From Lama glama (lineage: Eukaryota): a stretch of DNA of 64,000 nucleotides. The notes under the pieces were generated by a model. The model was not told the DNA's origin. It did no database searches and worked only from the letters and a program-made list of their open reading frames with translations. A program made the translations under genes and the position numbers. Below, in pieces: positions 63,732-64,000 of this stretch. Numbering within the stretch: position 1 is the stretch's first letter; every line of letters begins with the position of its first letter. The stretch spans positions 1,118,001 through 1,182,000 of the forward strand of contig CM052817.1 in the NCBI GenBank assembly GCA_028534125.1, written 5' to 3'.

Positions 63732-64000
63732 CTGGTCAGCTCTTAGCGGGGTTGAGCCATCCTTATACAACAGAGTTACCACCAGGGCTACTGCCTGTTT
63801 CAGCATCTCGGTCAGCTGGCTTTTCTCCAAAGCATCTAAACATCTAACATCACAAAAATGGTGTCTGAAGGCTTTTGAGTTCCCAGAATTTAGGTAGGTT
63901 TCAGCCTCACCAGCATTTTCTTCCAAAGCCATAAGTTTACTTGTTTTCTCTGATGAATTACTACATGTGATGTGTTTTCTTTTAAGATTCATGTTTTCTT
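63732..64000 (-). CDS. POLN: DNA polymerase nu, large N-terminal coding exon (runs off the window edge)
   Basis: Translates ..NLKRKHITCSNSSEKTSKLMALEE..HFCDVRCLDALEKSQLTEMLKQAVALVVTLLYKDGSTPLRADQ, matching human POLN NLKRKHITYNNLSEKTSKQMALEE..GSTQLGADQ. Donor CAG|GTTAGT, phase 0. Confidence 0.95.

Noticed and set aside
1..64000. HAUS3, CRISPR arrays or prokaryotic systems
   Set aside because: HAUS3 is expected near the POLN 5' end, beyond the right edge. No repeat-spacer arrays or operon-like ORFs are present, and the sequence is mammalian intron/exon DNA.

Overview
Mammalian genomic DNA, most likely camelid, judged from five Vic-1-type tRNA-derived SINEs. The whole window lies inside the DNA polymerase nu gene (POLN, minus strand). 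I traced 15 coding exons with phase-compatible boundaries, running from the partial large N-terminal exon at the right edge to the motif A exon at 1185-1299. The introns are dominated by L1, L2, MIR, LTR and DNA-transposon relics. Two unexpected results stand out. (1) A decayed GREB1/GREB1L-family gene lies antisense within POLN introns (about 970-20600, + strand). About 13 stop- and frameshift-disrupted segments match GREB1L collinearly from its middle to its C-terminus, and three POLN exons are interleaved with them. (2) This POLN copy looks compromised: two splice acceptors are lost (AG>TG and AG>GG), and conserved family-A motifs are altered (TGRLS>TRRLS, DFSQIELR>[13 protein letters not shown]>DPEPL). 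There is also an intronic CpG island with an NRF1-type motif. All protein comparisons were made by eye against remembered human sequences and need confirmation by database search.
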